From an uncultured Acidobacteriota bacterium (GTDB lineage Bacteria; Acidobacteriota; Thermoanaerobaculia; Multivoradales; UBA5704), in the NCBI GenBank assembly GCA_963755825.1, contig CAVWLA010000003.1, positions 1,313,261 through 1,377,260 on the forward strand: 64,000 bases of DNA, read 5' to 3'. The position numbers and the translations under genes are program-made. The notes below the pieces were generated by a model that saw only the letters and a program-made list of their open reading frames with translations, had not been told where the DNA came from and ran no database searches. Below, piece after piece: positions 1 through 9,549 of the stretch; within the stretch, counting starts at the first letter, position 1, and each line of letters opens with the position of its first letter.

Positions 1-2492
1 CGCCGCGCCCCGGCCCGGGCAGCGCCGCCGATGTCTGAGCCGAGCGCGGCCCGGCGGCGAGCGTCGCCGCGGCGACGGCGAAGAGGGCGCGCAGCGTCGG
101 ATCGAGCCGCGGCGCCGCCAGCACCAGGCGCCCGCCGGCGACGCCGGCGGCGAGCGTCTCGCCGCCTTCCCCTCCGGACCCGGGCACCAGGACCTCCGCC
201 GCCCCGCCGCCTTCCCCTTCGTCGCGATGGAGCACCAGCTCGGCCGCCGAATAGCCCGCCGAGACGAAGAGCTCGGGCAGGCCGGCGGGCTCGCCGGGAT
301 GGGCGAAGAAGGCGGCGAGAGCTTCCCAGGCGCCCTCGTCGCGGATCTCCAACCGCTCGGCGAGAAAGCTGGCGCCGATCCGCTGCAGCTCCGCCGCCGC
401 GGCACGGCGGAGCGCCGCCGGCACGCTGCCGGGAGCGGCCATCTCGAGATCGAAAGCGAGCCGTGCGGCGCGGTAGGGACCCAGCCGCGACGCCGCTTCC
501 CAGGCGGCGTTCCAAGCTTCGGTGGCGCCGCGCGGCGCGTCGCCAGCGTCCGACCCCAGCGCCGGCGCGCTCCGCACGGCGAGCGCCGCCTCCCAGAGGC
601 CGGCCCAGGGGGTCCCCGCCGCACGCGCCAGCGCCTCGTCGCGCGCCGCCGCATGGGCGAAGAGCGCCGGCCGCTCCTCGGGCTCGAGCTCGGCGCCGGC
701 GGCGTCGCCGGCGCGCGCCAGCTCGGCCGCCGCCTCGTCCGGACGGCCGAGCCAGCCGAGGGCGCGGGCGGCGAGCGTCGCAAGCTCGGCGCGATGCCAG
801 TCGATCCCCTCGCGGTCGAGCCGCGCCAGGGCGTCGCGGCAGAGGGCGAGGGCGGCGCCCGGCCGGCCCATGACGAGCTCGAAGCGGGCCCATAGCTCGG
901 TGTCCTGGGTGAGCCCGCGGACGTTGCCGGCCAGGCGATTCTCCGCCGTCGACTGCTCGAGGATCTCGCGGACGCCGCCGAGGTGGCCCCGCCGCAGCCT
1001 CACTTCGGCGAGGTTGAGGAGGGCGAGGGTGGTGTGCCGCGGACCGTCGCAGCCGGCGAAGAGGCGGCGCGAGGCGAGCAGAGCCCGCTCGGCGCCCGGC
1101 AGATCTCCCGCCTGGACGCGCCCGATGCCGAGGTCGTTCCACAGGCCGGCCGCCTGGTGGCGCAGCAGGCGGCGGCGCCAGCGGAGGGCGGCGGTCAAGC
1201 TGGCGACGAAGCCGGCGCCGTCTCCCGCCGCCATGGCGCGCAGGCCGCTCGCCTGGTGCCACCGCCAGGCGAGGTCGGGATCGAGAGAGGTGGCGGCCGG
1301 GCGCGCCGCCGTCAGGTGGCGCTCCATCGCCGGGTAGTCGCCGCGGTCCCAAGCGGCGTTCGCCGCCAGCAGCTCGGCGCGGGGGGCGAGCTGCGGCGCC
1401 GCGCGCACGGCGCCGAGGGCGCGCGCGACCCACTCCGCGGCGCGCTCCGGCTCGCCGCTGTTGGCGAGCGCCCGCGCCGCCGGCTCGGCGGCGTCGAGCA
1501 CCTCGGCCGGCGCCAGGCGCTCGGCCGCGAGACGGCGCAGCGTCGCCTTGGCGGCGCCGAGAGCGCCGAGCTCGACCTGACAGCGCAGGCGGAGGATGAG
1601 GGCCGCCGGCGTGCGGGCGGCGCCGAGGACCTCGAGGGCGCGCGCGAAGCGGCCGAGCCCGTAGAGCGCCGCCGCCTGCTCCAGCCGCTCGGCGGCGCTC
1701 TGCGGCGGGGCGGCCGCCCAGGCCTCGACCGCGGCGGCGAGCCGGCCCGCCGCGGCCAGCGCCCGCGGGTCGGCACCGGCGCCGGCCAGCCCGCCGCCGC
1801 CCGTCCCAAGATAGAGCTCGGCCGCCGCCGGGCCGGCGAGGAGCGCCGCAAGCTCCTCGGCGCCGGCGCTCCGCGCCAGCAGCCGGTCGCGAAACCGTCC
1901 CGGGCCCGGCGACCCAGAGGTGGGCCTCGCCGCCGCGCCGGTGGCGGGCGGCGAGCGCGCGGCGCGCCTCGGCGAAGGCCGGCTCCCAGAGGAAGGGCGC
2001 CGCCGCGAGGACCTGCGCCACGGCGTCGTCGGCGCCGATCGGCGCCAGCGATGGCCGCCAGCGGGCGAGGAGCGCCCGCGCCGCCCGCCGCGCCTCGCCG
2101 CGCCCGGAGACCTGCGCCGAAGCCTGCGCCGGGCTCGGCGCACCGATCGGTGCCACCGCCTGGGGAGCATCCCCGAAGAGCTCGCCGACGAGGCCGCGCA
2201 GCAGCTCCTGCGGATGCTGCGGCGAGCGCCCCGGCGCCGCGCGCAGACCGGCCAGCCGGCCGCCGGCGTCGACCGCGCCGCCGCCGAACCCCTCCGGCAG
2301 ATGCCAGCCGGCGTGCTCGAGGTGCCCCAGGATGGCGGCGCCCTGGAGCACCACCGCGAGCTTCTGCCGGTCGGTCAGCCGGGCCGCGGCGAGCGGCCGA
2401 GCGCCGCCGCCCGCGGCGGGCGGCCGCAGGGCGGCATGCTCCACGGCCGGCGCCGGGCCACCGGGCCCTTCCACCAACGATTTGTCGGCCAT
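1..2492 (-). CDS. Large TPR-like helical repeat protein; runs off the window edge; apparent frameshift near 1900
   Basis: Hand translation from ATG at 2492 gives MADKSLVEG...LAVVLQGAAILGHLEHAGW. After a frame change at ~1900 it reads RFRDRLLAR...GLWNDLGIGRVQAGDLPGAERALL...LALLNLAEVRLRRG (TPR-like). No stop before base 1, which is why the ORF track omits it. Confidence 0.7.
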   Translation of the reverse strand, partial: MADKSLVEGPGGPAPAVEHAALRPPAAGGGARPLAAARLTDRQKLAVVLQGAAILGHLEHAGWHLPEGFGGGAVDAGGRLAGLRAAPGRSPQHPQELLRGLVGELFGDAPQAVAPIGAPSPAQASAQVSGRGEARRAARALLARWRPSLAPIGADDAVAQVLAAAPFLWEPAFAEARRALAARHRRGGEAHLWVAGPGTVSRPAAGAERRRRGACGAPRRPGGGRALSWDGRRRAGRRRCRPAGAGRGGPARRRGRGLGGRPAAERRRAAGAGGGALRARPLRARPRGPRRRPHAGGPHPPPALSGRARRSRRRQGDAAPSRGRAPGAGRGARRRRAGGAGARQQRRAGARRGVGRARPRRRARGAAARPPRRAAGGERRLGPRRLPGDGAPPDGGAPGRHLSRSRPRLAVAPGERPARHGGGRRRRLRRQLDRRPPLAPPPAAPPGGRPVERPRHRARPGGRSAGRRAGSARLAPPLRRLRRSAAHHPRPPQPRRSEAAAGPPRRRPRDPRAVDGGESPGRQRPRAHPGHRAMGPLRARHGPAGRRPRPLPRRPGAARPRGDRLASRRACDARRPRPRLARPSGRGGGRAGARRRRRRRRARARGAAGALRPCGGARRGAGACGGDPLGRPLGGGARRAERAGAGVGRWRRAARRHRSLERRLGSGVAAGSLPRRTARFRSRDGRSRQRAGGAPPCRGGGAAADRRQLSRRAVGDPRRGRLGSSRRLLRPSRRARRPARALRLGGLFGGRAGAPSRRRGRRRGGGGPGARVRRGRRRDARRRRRRRAPGAGGAAARSDAARPLRRRRGDARRRAALGSDIGGAARAGAR

Positions 2493-2562
2493 TCGGGCCG
2501 AGATCTTCGCACTAAAGCGAACTTCGGTGTAGAGGTCGGTGACCGAAGGGTGAGAAACGGGC

Positions 2563-3948
2563 TCAGCCGGCGAGCAGGCGGTCGAGGTCGTCCCAGAACG
2601 CCGGGTAGGACTTGCCGACCACCTCGGGCGCCGCGATGCGCACCCCCGGCCGCCGCAGGCCGGCGAGGGCCAGGCTCATGGCGATCCGATGGTCGTCGCG
2701 GGGATCGATCGTCACCGCCTCGGCGGGCGGCGCCGCCTGGTGCCAGATGCCGGGGATGGCGAGCGACGCGGCGCCCTCGTCGACCTCGGCGCCGAGCTTG
2801 CGGAGCTCCGCCGCCATGGCCCCCAGGCGGTCGCTCTCCTTGATCCGCAGGTGCGCGACGTTGTCGATGCGCGTCGTGCCGGCGGCGAAAGGGGCGAGGG
2901 CGGCGAGCGTCGGCACCTGGTCCGGCATGGTCGAGAGATCGGCCTCGATCGCGCGCAGGGCACCGCCCCGCGGGCCGCGCACGGTCACCTCGCCGCCGCC
3001 CCAGGCGACCGTCGCCCCCATCGCCTCGAGGAGGGCCAGGAAGCCGCGATCGCCCTGGCCCGAGCCGGCTTCGATGCCTTCGATCGTCACCTCGCCGCCG
3101 GTGAGCGCCGCCGCCGCCGCCGGATAGCAGGCCGCCGACCAGTCGCCCTCGACGCGCAGCCGCGCCGCGGCGAGCTCCGACGGCCAGACGCGGTAGCCGC
3201 GGCGGCCGCGGCGGCCAGGCCCTGCGCCCTCCAGCGCTTCGAGGCGGCCGCCGAACGCCGCCGCCGCGGCGAGGGTGACGCCGACGTAGGGCGCCGAGGT
3301 GAGGGCGCCGATCTCGACCGTCACCTCGCGCGGCGCGGCGAGCGCGGCCATGAGGATCGCCGACAGGTACTGGCTCGACTGCGCGGCGTCGAGGATCGTG
3401 GCGCCGCCGGCGAGCGTGCCGCCCTCGATCTCGAGCGGCGGATAGCCCTCGCGGCCCGGACAGGCGATCACGGCGCCGAGGCCGCGCAGCGCGGTGACGA
3501 GCGGCCCCACCGGCCGCTCGCGGAGGCGCGCCGTGCCGTCGAGCCGAAAGCGGCCGGGGACGACGGCGAGCGTCGCGGTGAGGAAGCGCAGCATGGTGCC
3601 GGCGTTGCCGCAGAAGACCTCGGCCTCGACCTGCCGCCCGGCGTCGCGCGGGGTGAGGCGGACGGCGGTCGGCGACTCCTCGACGTCGAAGCCGAGGGCC
3701 GGCAGCGCCGCCAGGAAGAGGCGGGTGTCCTCGGCGACGAGCGGGCGCTCGATGGTGATCGACGGCGCCGCCGGCGAGCGCTCGGCGAGGAGCGGACGCT
3801 CGCCGCCGGCGGACCGCGGCGCCCCCGCCTGCAAGCCGGCGAGAACGGCGAGGTTCAGGTAGCGGTGGGTGACGCTCTTCGAGGGTGGCGGGGCGACGCG
3901 GCCGCGTGCCACGCGGCCGGACGGCACCTCGCGCTCAGCGGACGGCAT
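2563..3948 (-). CDS. aroA: 3-phosphoshikimate 1-carboxyvinyltransferase (EPSP synthase)
   Basis: Motifs PPSKSVTHR, CGNAGTMLRF, SSQYLSAILM, LRIKESDRL, DHRIAMS, KSYPAFW. Confidence 0.97.
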   Translation of the reverse strand: MPSAEREVPSGRVARGRVAPPPSKSVTHRYLNLAVLAGLQAGAPRSAGGERPLLAERSPAAPSITIERPLVAEDTRLFLAALPALGFDVEESPTAVRLTPRDAGRQVEAEVFCGNAGTMLRFLTATLAVVPGRFRLDGTARLRERPVGPLVTALRGLGAVIACPGREGYPPLEIEGGTLAGGATILDAAQSSQYLSAILMAALAAPREVTVEIGALTSAPYVGVTLAAAAAFGGRLEALEGAGPGRRGRRGYRVWPSELAAARLRVEGDWSAACYPAAAAALTGGEVTIEGIEAGSGQGDRGFLALLEAMGATVAWGGGEVTVRGPRGGALRAIEADLSTMPDQVPTLAALAPFAAGTTRIDNVAHLRIKESDRLGAMAAELRKLGAEVDEGAASLAIPGIWHQAAPPAEAVTIDPRDDHRIAMSLALAGLRRPGVRIAAPEVVGKSYPAFWDDLDRLLAG

Positions 3949-3968
3949 CAGTCGATCTCAGATGACAA

Positions 3969-4736
3969 TCAGGCGACCTCGAAGCGGATGCCGTCGTAGC
4001 CGAGCTCGACACCCGCCGGCAGCTCGACCTCCGGGGCGCCGTAGTCGACGTCGTGCGCGAGGTGGGTGAGGATGGTGCGCCCGGCGCCGATGCGCGCCGC
4101 CGCCGCCACCGCCTCGGCGACCGAGAAGTGGGTCGAGTGGGGCCGGTAGCGGAGAGCGTCGAGGATGAGCACGTCGACCCCTTCGAGCAGCCGAAAGCTG
4201 GCCTCCGGGATGACGCTGCAGTCGGTCACGTAGGCGAACCCTCCCAGCCGATAGCCGTAGACCTCGAGGGTGCCGTGCCAGACCGGCACCGGCACGATCT
4301 CGCGGCCGAGCAGCTCGAACGGCCCCTGGATCTCGATCAGGTCGAGCTGCGGCTTGCCGCCGCCCTCCTGCGTCTCCTCGAAGACATAAGCGAAGGTGCG
4401 GCGCAGGGCGCGGAGAGTGTCGCGCGAGGCGTAGCAGGGGATCGGCGCCCGCTGGCGGAAGTTGAAGATGCGGATGTCGTCGAGGCCGAAGATGTGGTCG
4501 GCGTGCGGATGGGTGTAGACGACGGCGTCGAGCCGCGGCAGCCCGAAGCGCAGCGCCTGCTCGCGGAGGTCGGTTCCGGTGTCGACGAGCGCCACGCCGC
4601 GCTCGGTCTCCAGCTTCAGGCCCGGCCGCAGGCGGCGGTTGCGCGGGTTGTCCGAGGTGCAGACGGCGCAGGTGCAGCCGATCACCGGCACGCCGGTCGA
4701 GGTGCCGCTGCCGAGGAGGGTGACGGTGAGCGCCAT
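3969..4736 (-). CDS. MBL-fold phosphodiesterase, PhnP/YycJ-like
   Basis: LGSGTSTGVPVIGCTCAVC, THPHADHIFG, AYVTDCS, THLAH. Confidence 0.92.
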   Translation of the reverse strand: MALTVTLLGSGTSTGVPVIGCTCAVCTSDNPRNRRLRPGLKLETERGVALVDTGTDLREQALRFGLPRLDAVVYTHPHADHIFGLDDIRIFNFRQRAPIPCYASRDTLRALRRTFAYVFEETQEGGGKPQLDLIEIQGPFELLGREIVPVPVWHGTLEVYGYRLGGFAYVTDCSVIPEASFRLLEGVDVLILDALRYRPHSTHFSVAEAVAAAARIGAGRTILTHLAHDVDYGAPEVELPAGVELGYDGIRFEVA

Positions 4737-4788
4737 GAGGTGCGAAGTCTAGCAGCCGGCGCTCGGCGGCTCGGGCGGCGGCCGACTG

Positions 4789-5463
4789 CTAGACGAGCTC
4801 GATCCGCCGGCTGCGGAACCAGGCGTCGAGGAGCCGGATCTCGCCGCCGGGAACGGTGTAGACCCGCGGCTCGTGGAAGTGGCCGAGGAGGAGGATGTCG
4901 TGCCCCTCGGCGAGGCGCCGCTCGCCGTAGGCGCGGATGGCGGCCTCGGGGAGCTCGGCGCGATGCTTGAAGTTGGTGTGCGACAGGCGCTCCTCGGTCG
5001 AGGCGACGAGCCGGCGGGCGAGGCGGCGCGGCGTGGCGCCGACGGCCCACTCGACCGGCCGGCTCTTCGACAGGCGCCGCCAGAAGCGGTACTTCCAGTC
5101 GCGATCGTTGAGGCCGTCGCCGTGGACGGCGAGGTAGCGGACGCCGCCGGCGACGAAGGCGACCTCGAGGGCGATGGCGTCGAAGGCGTGGGCGTAGGCG
5201 CTGCCGGCGAGGAAGAAGTCGCGGTTCCCCTCGACGTAGTCGACGCGGACGCCGCGGCGCCGCAGGTCGGCGAGCGCGGCGACGATCGACGTTACGTCCG
5301 GGGTCTCGAACTGCGGCAGGCCGACCCAGGCCTGGAAGAGGTCGCCGAGGAGCACCAGGCGATCGATCCCCTGCGCCGGCAGCGCGGCGAGCGCGGCGAC
5401 GAGCGGCGCCGCCGGGCCGCCGGGGCCGCCCAGATGCGCGTCGGCGAGGAGGGCGACGGACAC
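4789..5463 (-). CDS. lpxH: UDP-2,3-diacylglucosamine hydrolase-like metallophosphoesterase
   Basis: ADAHLG, LGDLF, EGNRDF, HGD, GHFH calcineurin-like motifs; GNRD is typical of LpxH. Confidence 0.8.
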   Translation of the reverse strand: MSVALLADAHLGGPGGPAAPLVAALAALPAQGIDRLVLLGDLFQAWVGLPQFETPDVTSIVAALADLRRRGVRVDYVEGNRDFFLAGSAYAHAFDAIALEVAFVAGGVRYLAVHGDGLNDRDWKYRFWRRLSKSRPVEWAVGATPRRLARRLVASTEERLSHTNFKHRAELPEAAIRAYGERRLAEGHDILLLGHFHEPRVYTVPGGEIRLLDAWFRSRRIELV

Positions 5464-5475
5464 TCTCTTGTGCCC

Positions 5476-6579
5476 CTAGACGATCGACAGCTTCGGCCTC
5501 ATCGCCGACTGCCGGTCGACCTCCTGGACGACCGCCTCGGCGACACGGCGGAAGGCGGCGGCGTGCGGGCCGGTCGGCGCCGCGACGGCGATCGGCCTCC
5601 CCTCGTCGCCGCCGGCGACGATCTCGGGATCGAGCGGGATGGCGCCCAGGAAAGCGGTGCCGAGGAGGTCGGCGGTGCGCTTGCCGCCGTCCTTCTTGAA
5701 GATGTCGGTCGCCTCGCCGCAGTGCGGGCAGACGAAGGACGACATGTTCTCGACGATGCCGATCACCGGCACGTTGACCTTGCGGAACATGGCGAGGCCC
5801 TTCCTGGCGTCGATCAGCGCCACGTCCTGCGGCGTGGTGACGATCACGGCGCCGGCGAGCGGCACCTTTTGGGTGACGGTCAGCTGGGCGTCGCCGGTGC
5901 CCGGCGGCAGGTCGAGGATGAGGTAGTCGAGGGCGCCCCAGACGACGTCGCCCAGCATCTGCTCGATCGCCCGCATCACCATCGGGCCGCGCCAGATGAC
6001 CGGCGTGTCGGTCTCCAGGATGAAGCCGAGCGACATCAGCTTGATGCCGTACTTCTCGAACGGGATGATGCGGTTGCCGTCGATGCGCGGCCTCTCCTGG
6101 ATGCCGAACATCATCGGCACCGAGGGGCCGTAGATGTCGGAGTCGAGGAGGCCGACGCGATAGCCGAGCTCGCCGAGCTCGATCGCCAGGTTGGCCGCCA
6201 CGGTCGACTTGCCGACGCCGCCCTTGCCGCTCGCCACCGCCACCACGTGGCGCACCTCGGGGATCAGCGCGGCGCTCGGCGCGCCGCCCGGAGAGGTGCC
6301 GCGCTGCGCCGGGTCGACGGCGCCGGCGGGCCGCTTCACCTGCACCGCGACCTCCACCTCGCGGCCGCCGGCGACGGCGCCGACGGCATCGCCGACGTCG
6401 TCCTTGAGGGCCGCCACGGCGGCCTCGTTCTGGGTGGCGAGCTCGAGCGACACCCTGACCACGCCGTCGTCGATCGCCACGGCGTGAACGAAGCCGAAGG
6501 AGACGATGTCGCGGCTCATCCCCGAGAACTTGACCCTCTTCAACGCCTCCCAGACGCTCGCCTCGAGATCGCTCGCCAT
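5476..6579 (-). CDS. mrp: Mrp/ApbC/NBP35 Fe-S cluster carrier ATPase
   Basis: SGKGGVGKST, WRGPM, DLPPGTGD, ENMSSFVCPHC. Confidence 0.96.
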   Translation of the reverse strand: MASDLEASVWEALKRVKFSGMSRDIVSFGFVHAVAIDDGVVRVSLELATQNEAAVAALKDDVGDAVGAVAGGREVEVAVQVKRPAGAVDPAQRGTSPGGAPSAALIPEVRHVVAVASGKGGVGKSTVAANLAIELGELGYRVGLLDSDIYGPSVPMMFGIQERPRIDGNRIIPFEKYGIKLMSLGFILETDTPVIWRGPMVMRAIEQMLGDVVWGALDYLILDLPPGTGDAQLTVTQKVPLAGAVIVTTPQDVALIDARKGLAMFRKVNVPVIGIVENMSSFVCPHCGEATDIFKKDGGKRTADLLGTAFLGAIPLDPEIVAGGDEGRPIAVAAPTGPHAAAFRRVAEAVVQEVDRQSAMRPKLSIV

Positions 6580-6675
6580 GCCGTGATGTCCCTCGGAGCC
6601 GCTCGCTGGCGGACTGGATGTGATGATCGGAAACGCAGAGATCGGCGGTTGCCCGAAGCCCCCTGCCGTGCGGGC

Positions 6676-7470
6676 CTAAATCGTACCACCGGAGCCGGCG
6701 GCGGGCTCCGGTTCCGGTATTTCCTCCTCCGCCGCCAAGCCGGCAAGCTCGGCGATCCGCCGCCGCACGAGGGCGGCGAGCTCGGCCTTGCGCCTGAGGC
6801 CGTAGGCCGCCGGGTCGATCGGCGCCCCGAAGGTGACCGTCGCCCGCCCGGGATGGATCGCCAGGCTGCCCACGGAGCGCAGCGCCCGAGTGCCGCGGAT
6901 GCCGACCGGCACGATGGGGAGACCGCTGCGCAGCGCGAGGAGAAAACCGCCGCGCTGGAAGGGCAGCAGCACGTCGGTCCGCGCCCGCGTCCCCTCGGGG
7001 AAGAGGGCGACCGAGGTGCCGCGCCGCAGCTTCGCCGTCGCCTGGGAGAAGGTCTCCCGCGCCGTGCTGCGGTCGTCGCGGTCGACCGAGATGAAGCCGC
7101 CGACCGTCATCGCCCAGCCGAGGAAGGGGATGCGGAAGAGGCTGCGCTTGGCGACCAGCCGCACCTGGCCGGGGGAAGCGAGGAGGAGGACGGGGATGTC
7201 GAACAGGCTCTGGTGGTTGGCGAGCAGGACGTAGGAGGCCTGCGGGTCGACGCCGGGCTCGTAGCGGGCGTCGAGGCGCACCCCCGACGAGGTCAGGATG
7301 CCGCGCGCCCAGAGCCGCGCGATGACGAAGCCGACGAGGTCGCGCTGCCGTCCCCAGCAGAGGAGGACGGCGAAGAGCGACAGCGGGATGGTGCCGACCA
7401 GCAGGTAGAGGTTGCCGGTGACGGTGACGACGGCGCTCGCGAGGCGCGCGCGCCAGACCGAGATCTTCAA
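6676..7470 (-). CDS. plsC: 1-acyl-sn-glycerol-3-phosphate acyltransferase
   Basis: NHQSLFD and FPEGTR motifs; TTG start chosen because a GAGGAGG RBS precedes it. Confidence 0.9.
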   Translation of the reverse strand: MKISVWRARLASAVVTVTGNLYLLVGTIPLSLFAVLLCWGRQRDLVGFVIARLWARGILTSSGVRLDARYEPGVDPQASYVLLANHQSLFDIPVLLLASPGQVRLVAKRSLFRIPFLGWAMTVGGFISVDRDDRSTARETFSQATAKLRRGTSVALFPEGTRARTDVLLPFQRGGFLLALRSGLPIVPVGIRGTRALRSVGSLAIHPGRATVTFGAPIDPAAYGLRRKAELAALVRRRIAELAGLAAEEEIPEPEPAAGSGGTI

Positions 7471-7619
7471 AGCGGCCCCTCCTCTGGTTGCCCAAGCGCG
7501 GCTGCCGAGCGCGGTTGCCGAGCGCTCCATTCTCCCAGGTTCGTCGCCGTTCGGGCACCTCCGGGGCCGCGGCGACCGAACCCCGATCGGTGGCACGCTC
7601 CCTGCTAGAATCCTTTCAG

Positions 7620-8030
7620 ATGCGTTCTGCAGCACCCTTCGCCCGCCGTTTCCGGGCCCTCGTCCTCCTGCAGGCGAGCCTCGTCGCCGGCGCGCTCTAC
7701 GACCTCGTCTTCGCGGCGCTGATGGCGGGGGCGCCGGACCTCCCCTCCCGGCTTCTCGGCCTGCCGCTGCCGGGCGAGGCCTTCTACCTCTGGATCCTGG
7801 CGACGCTCCTCGCCATGCTCGCGGCGATGTATCTCCTCGCCGCCCACGATCCGCGCCGCTACAGCGGCGTCATCGCGGTGGCGGTCGCCGGCCGCGTCGC
7901 CGGCGCCGCCGTCTTCGGCTGGGCGGCGCTCCGCGCGCCCGATCTGGCGCGCGGCCTGCTGCCGCTCGCCGCCTGCGACCTCCTCTTCGGCATCGCCCCC
8001 GCCGCTTTCTGGGCCCCCATCCGCAGGTGA
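7620..8030 (+). CDS. Hypothetical membrane protein (~4 TM)
   Basis: Hydrophobic ORF whose stop overlaps the mlaE start (GTGA). Confidence 0.7.
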   Translation: MRSAAPFARRFRALVLLQASLVAGALYDLVFAALMAGAPDLPSRLLGLPLPGEAFYLWILATLLAMLAAMYLLAAHDPRRYSGVIAVAVAGRVAGAAVFGWAALRAPDLARGLLPLAACDLLFGIAPAAFWAPIRR

Positions 8031-8776
8031 CCCTGCGGCGCGTCAGCGAGGTGACCGGCGACCTCGCGGTGCTCACCGGGCAGGCCTTCGCCGCCCTGGT
8101 CCGGCCGCCCTACGAGACCGGCCTGTGGGTCGTGCAGATGGAGCAGATCGGCGTCCGTTCGCTGGGGGTCGCCGGCATCACGACGCTCTTCACCGGCATG
8201 GTGATGGCGCTGCAGACGGCCTACAGCCTGCCCACCCTGGGGATCAAGTACTACATCGGCTCGGTGGTGTCGAAGTCGCTGGTGCGCGAGCTCGGGCCGG
8301 TGCTGACGGCGCTCATCGTCGGCGGTCGCATCGGCGCCGGCATGACCGCCGAGATCGGCACCATGAAGGTGACCGAGCAGATCGACGCCCTGCGCTCGAT
8401 GGCGGCCGATCCGGTGAAGAAGCTGGTGGTGCCGAAGCTCGCGGCGACGCTCCTCATGCTGCCGGCCCTCACCGTCATCGGCGACGCGCTCGGCATCCTC
8501 GGCGGCCTCATCGTCGCCGTGCTGCAGCTCGACCTCCCCGCCTCGCTGTACTGGAACGACGTGCTCTCCTCGCTCACCCTCGCCGACATCGCGAGCGGCA
8601 TCGGAAAATCGTTCTTCTTCGCATATTTCATCGCCATGGTCGGCTGCTACAATGGCCTCACCACGTCCGGCGGTGCCGACGGCGTCGGCCGCGCCACCAC
8701 CAACACCGTGGTGCTCGCCGCGATCCTCGTGCTGATCTCCGATTTCTTCCTCACCAAGCTGTTCTACCTCGCATGA
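8027..8776 (+). CDS. mlaE: MlaE-family ABC permease
   Basis: RELGPVLTALIVGGRIGAGMTAEIGTMKVTEQIDAL, GVGRATT. Confidence 0.95.
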   Translation: MTLRRVSEVTGDLAVLTGQAFAALVRPPYETGLWVVQMEQIGVRSLGVAGITTLFTGMVMALQTAYSLPTLGIKYYIGSVVSKSLVRELGPVLTALIVGGRIGAGMTAEIGTMKVTEQIDALRSMAADPVKKLVVPKLAATLLMLPALTVIGDALGILGGLIVAVLQLDLPASLYWNDVLSSLTLADIASGIGKSFFFAYFIAMVGCYNGLTTSGGADGVGRATTNTVVLAAILVLISDFFLTKLFYLA

Positions 8777-9549
8777 GCGACGGCGACGATCTGTTGGTCT
8801 ACCAGGTCCGCGGCCTGACCAAGAGCTACGGCGACCGCATCGTCCTCTCCGACGTCAGCTTCGACGTACGGCGCGGCGAGTGCCTGGTCATCATGGGCCG
8901 CTCGGGGAGCGGCAAGTCGGTGACGCTGCGCCAGCTCGACGGCCTCGAGCGGCCGGAGGCCGGCGCGGTGATCTTCGACGGCGCCGACCTCGCGCAGCTC
9001 GACGAGAAGGAGATCTTCCCGCTGCGCCGGCGGATCGCCATGCTCTTCCAGAGCGGCGCCCTCTTCGATTCCATGGACGTCGCCGAGAACATCGCCTTTC
9101 CGCTCCGCGAGCACGCCGGTCTCGGCGACGAGGAGATCGCCGCCAAGGTGCGCCAGAAGCTCGCCATGGTGGGGCTCCCCGGCATCGAGGCGAAGATGCC
9201 CGCCGATCTCTCGGGCGGCATGCGCAAGCGCGTCGCCCTCGCCCGCTCGCTGGCGCTCGACCCCGAGGTGGTGCTCTTCGACGAGCCGACGACGGGCCTC
9301 GACCCCATCACCTCGGCGACCATCGGCCGCCTCATCCGCACCACCCAGCGCGACCTCGGCGTCACCGCCGTCGTCGTCACCCACGACGTCGCCCTCGCCC
9401 GCCACGTCGGCGACCGCATCATCTTCCTCGCCCAGGGGAGCTTCTGCTTCGTGGGCAGCTGGGAGGAGGCCGACGCCTCGACGGACGGACGGCTGACGCG
9501 CTTCCTCGCCGGCGAGGAAGACCCGGAGGAGGACGATGCCGCCGCGTAA
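8773..9549 (+). CDS. mlaF: MlaF-family ABC ATPase
   Basis: GRSGSGKS, LFQSGALFDSM, LSGGMRKRVALAR, DEPTTGLDP. Confidence 0.95.
   Translation: MSDGDDLLVYQVRGLTKSYGDRIVLSDVSFDVRRGECLVIMGRSGSGKSVTLRQLDGLERPEAGAVIFDGADLAQLDEKEIFPLRRRIAMLFQSGALFDSMDVAENIAFPLREHAGLGDEEIAAKVRQKLAMVGLPGIEAKMPADLSGGMRKRVALARSLALDPEVVLFDEPTTGLDPITSATIGRLIRTTQRDLGVTAVVVTHDVALARHVGDRIIFLAQGSFCFVGSWEEADASTDGRLTRFLAGEEDPEEDDAAA

Noticed and set aside
31-2843. Long plus-strand ORFs (31-873, 983-2515, 1920-2843) and the many similar Arg/Pro/Ala-rich ORFs across the window
   Set aside because: They are antisense or off-frame shadows of real genes; stop codons are scarce at this GC content.
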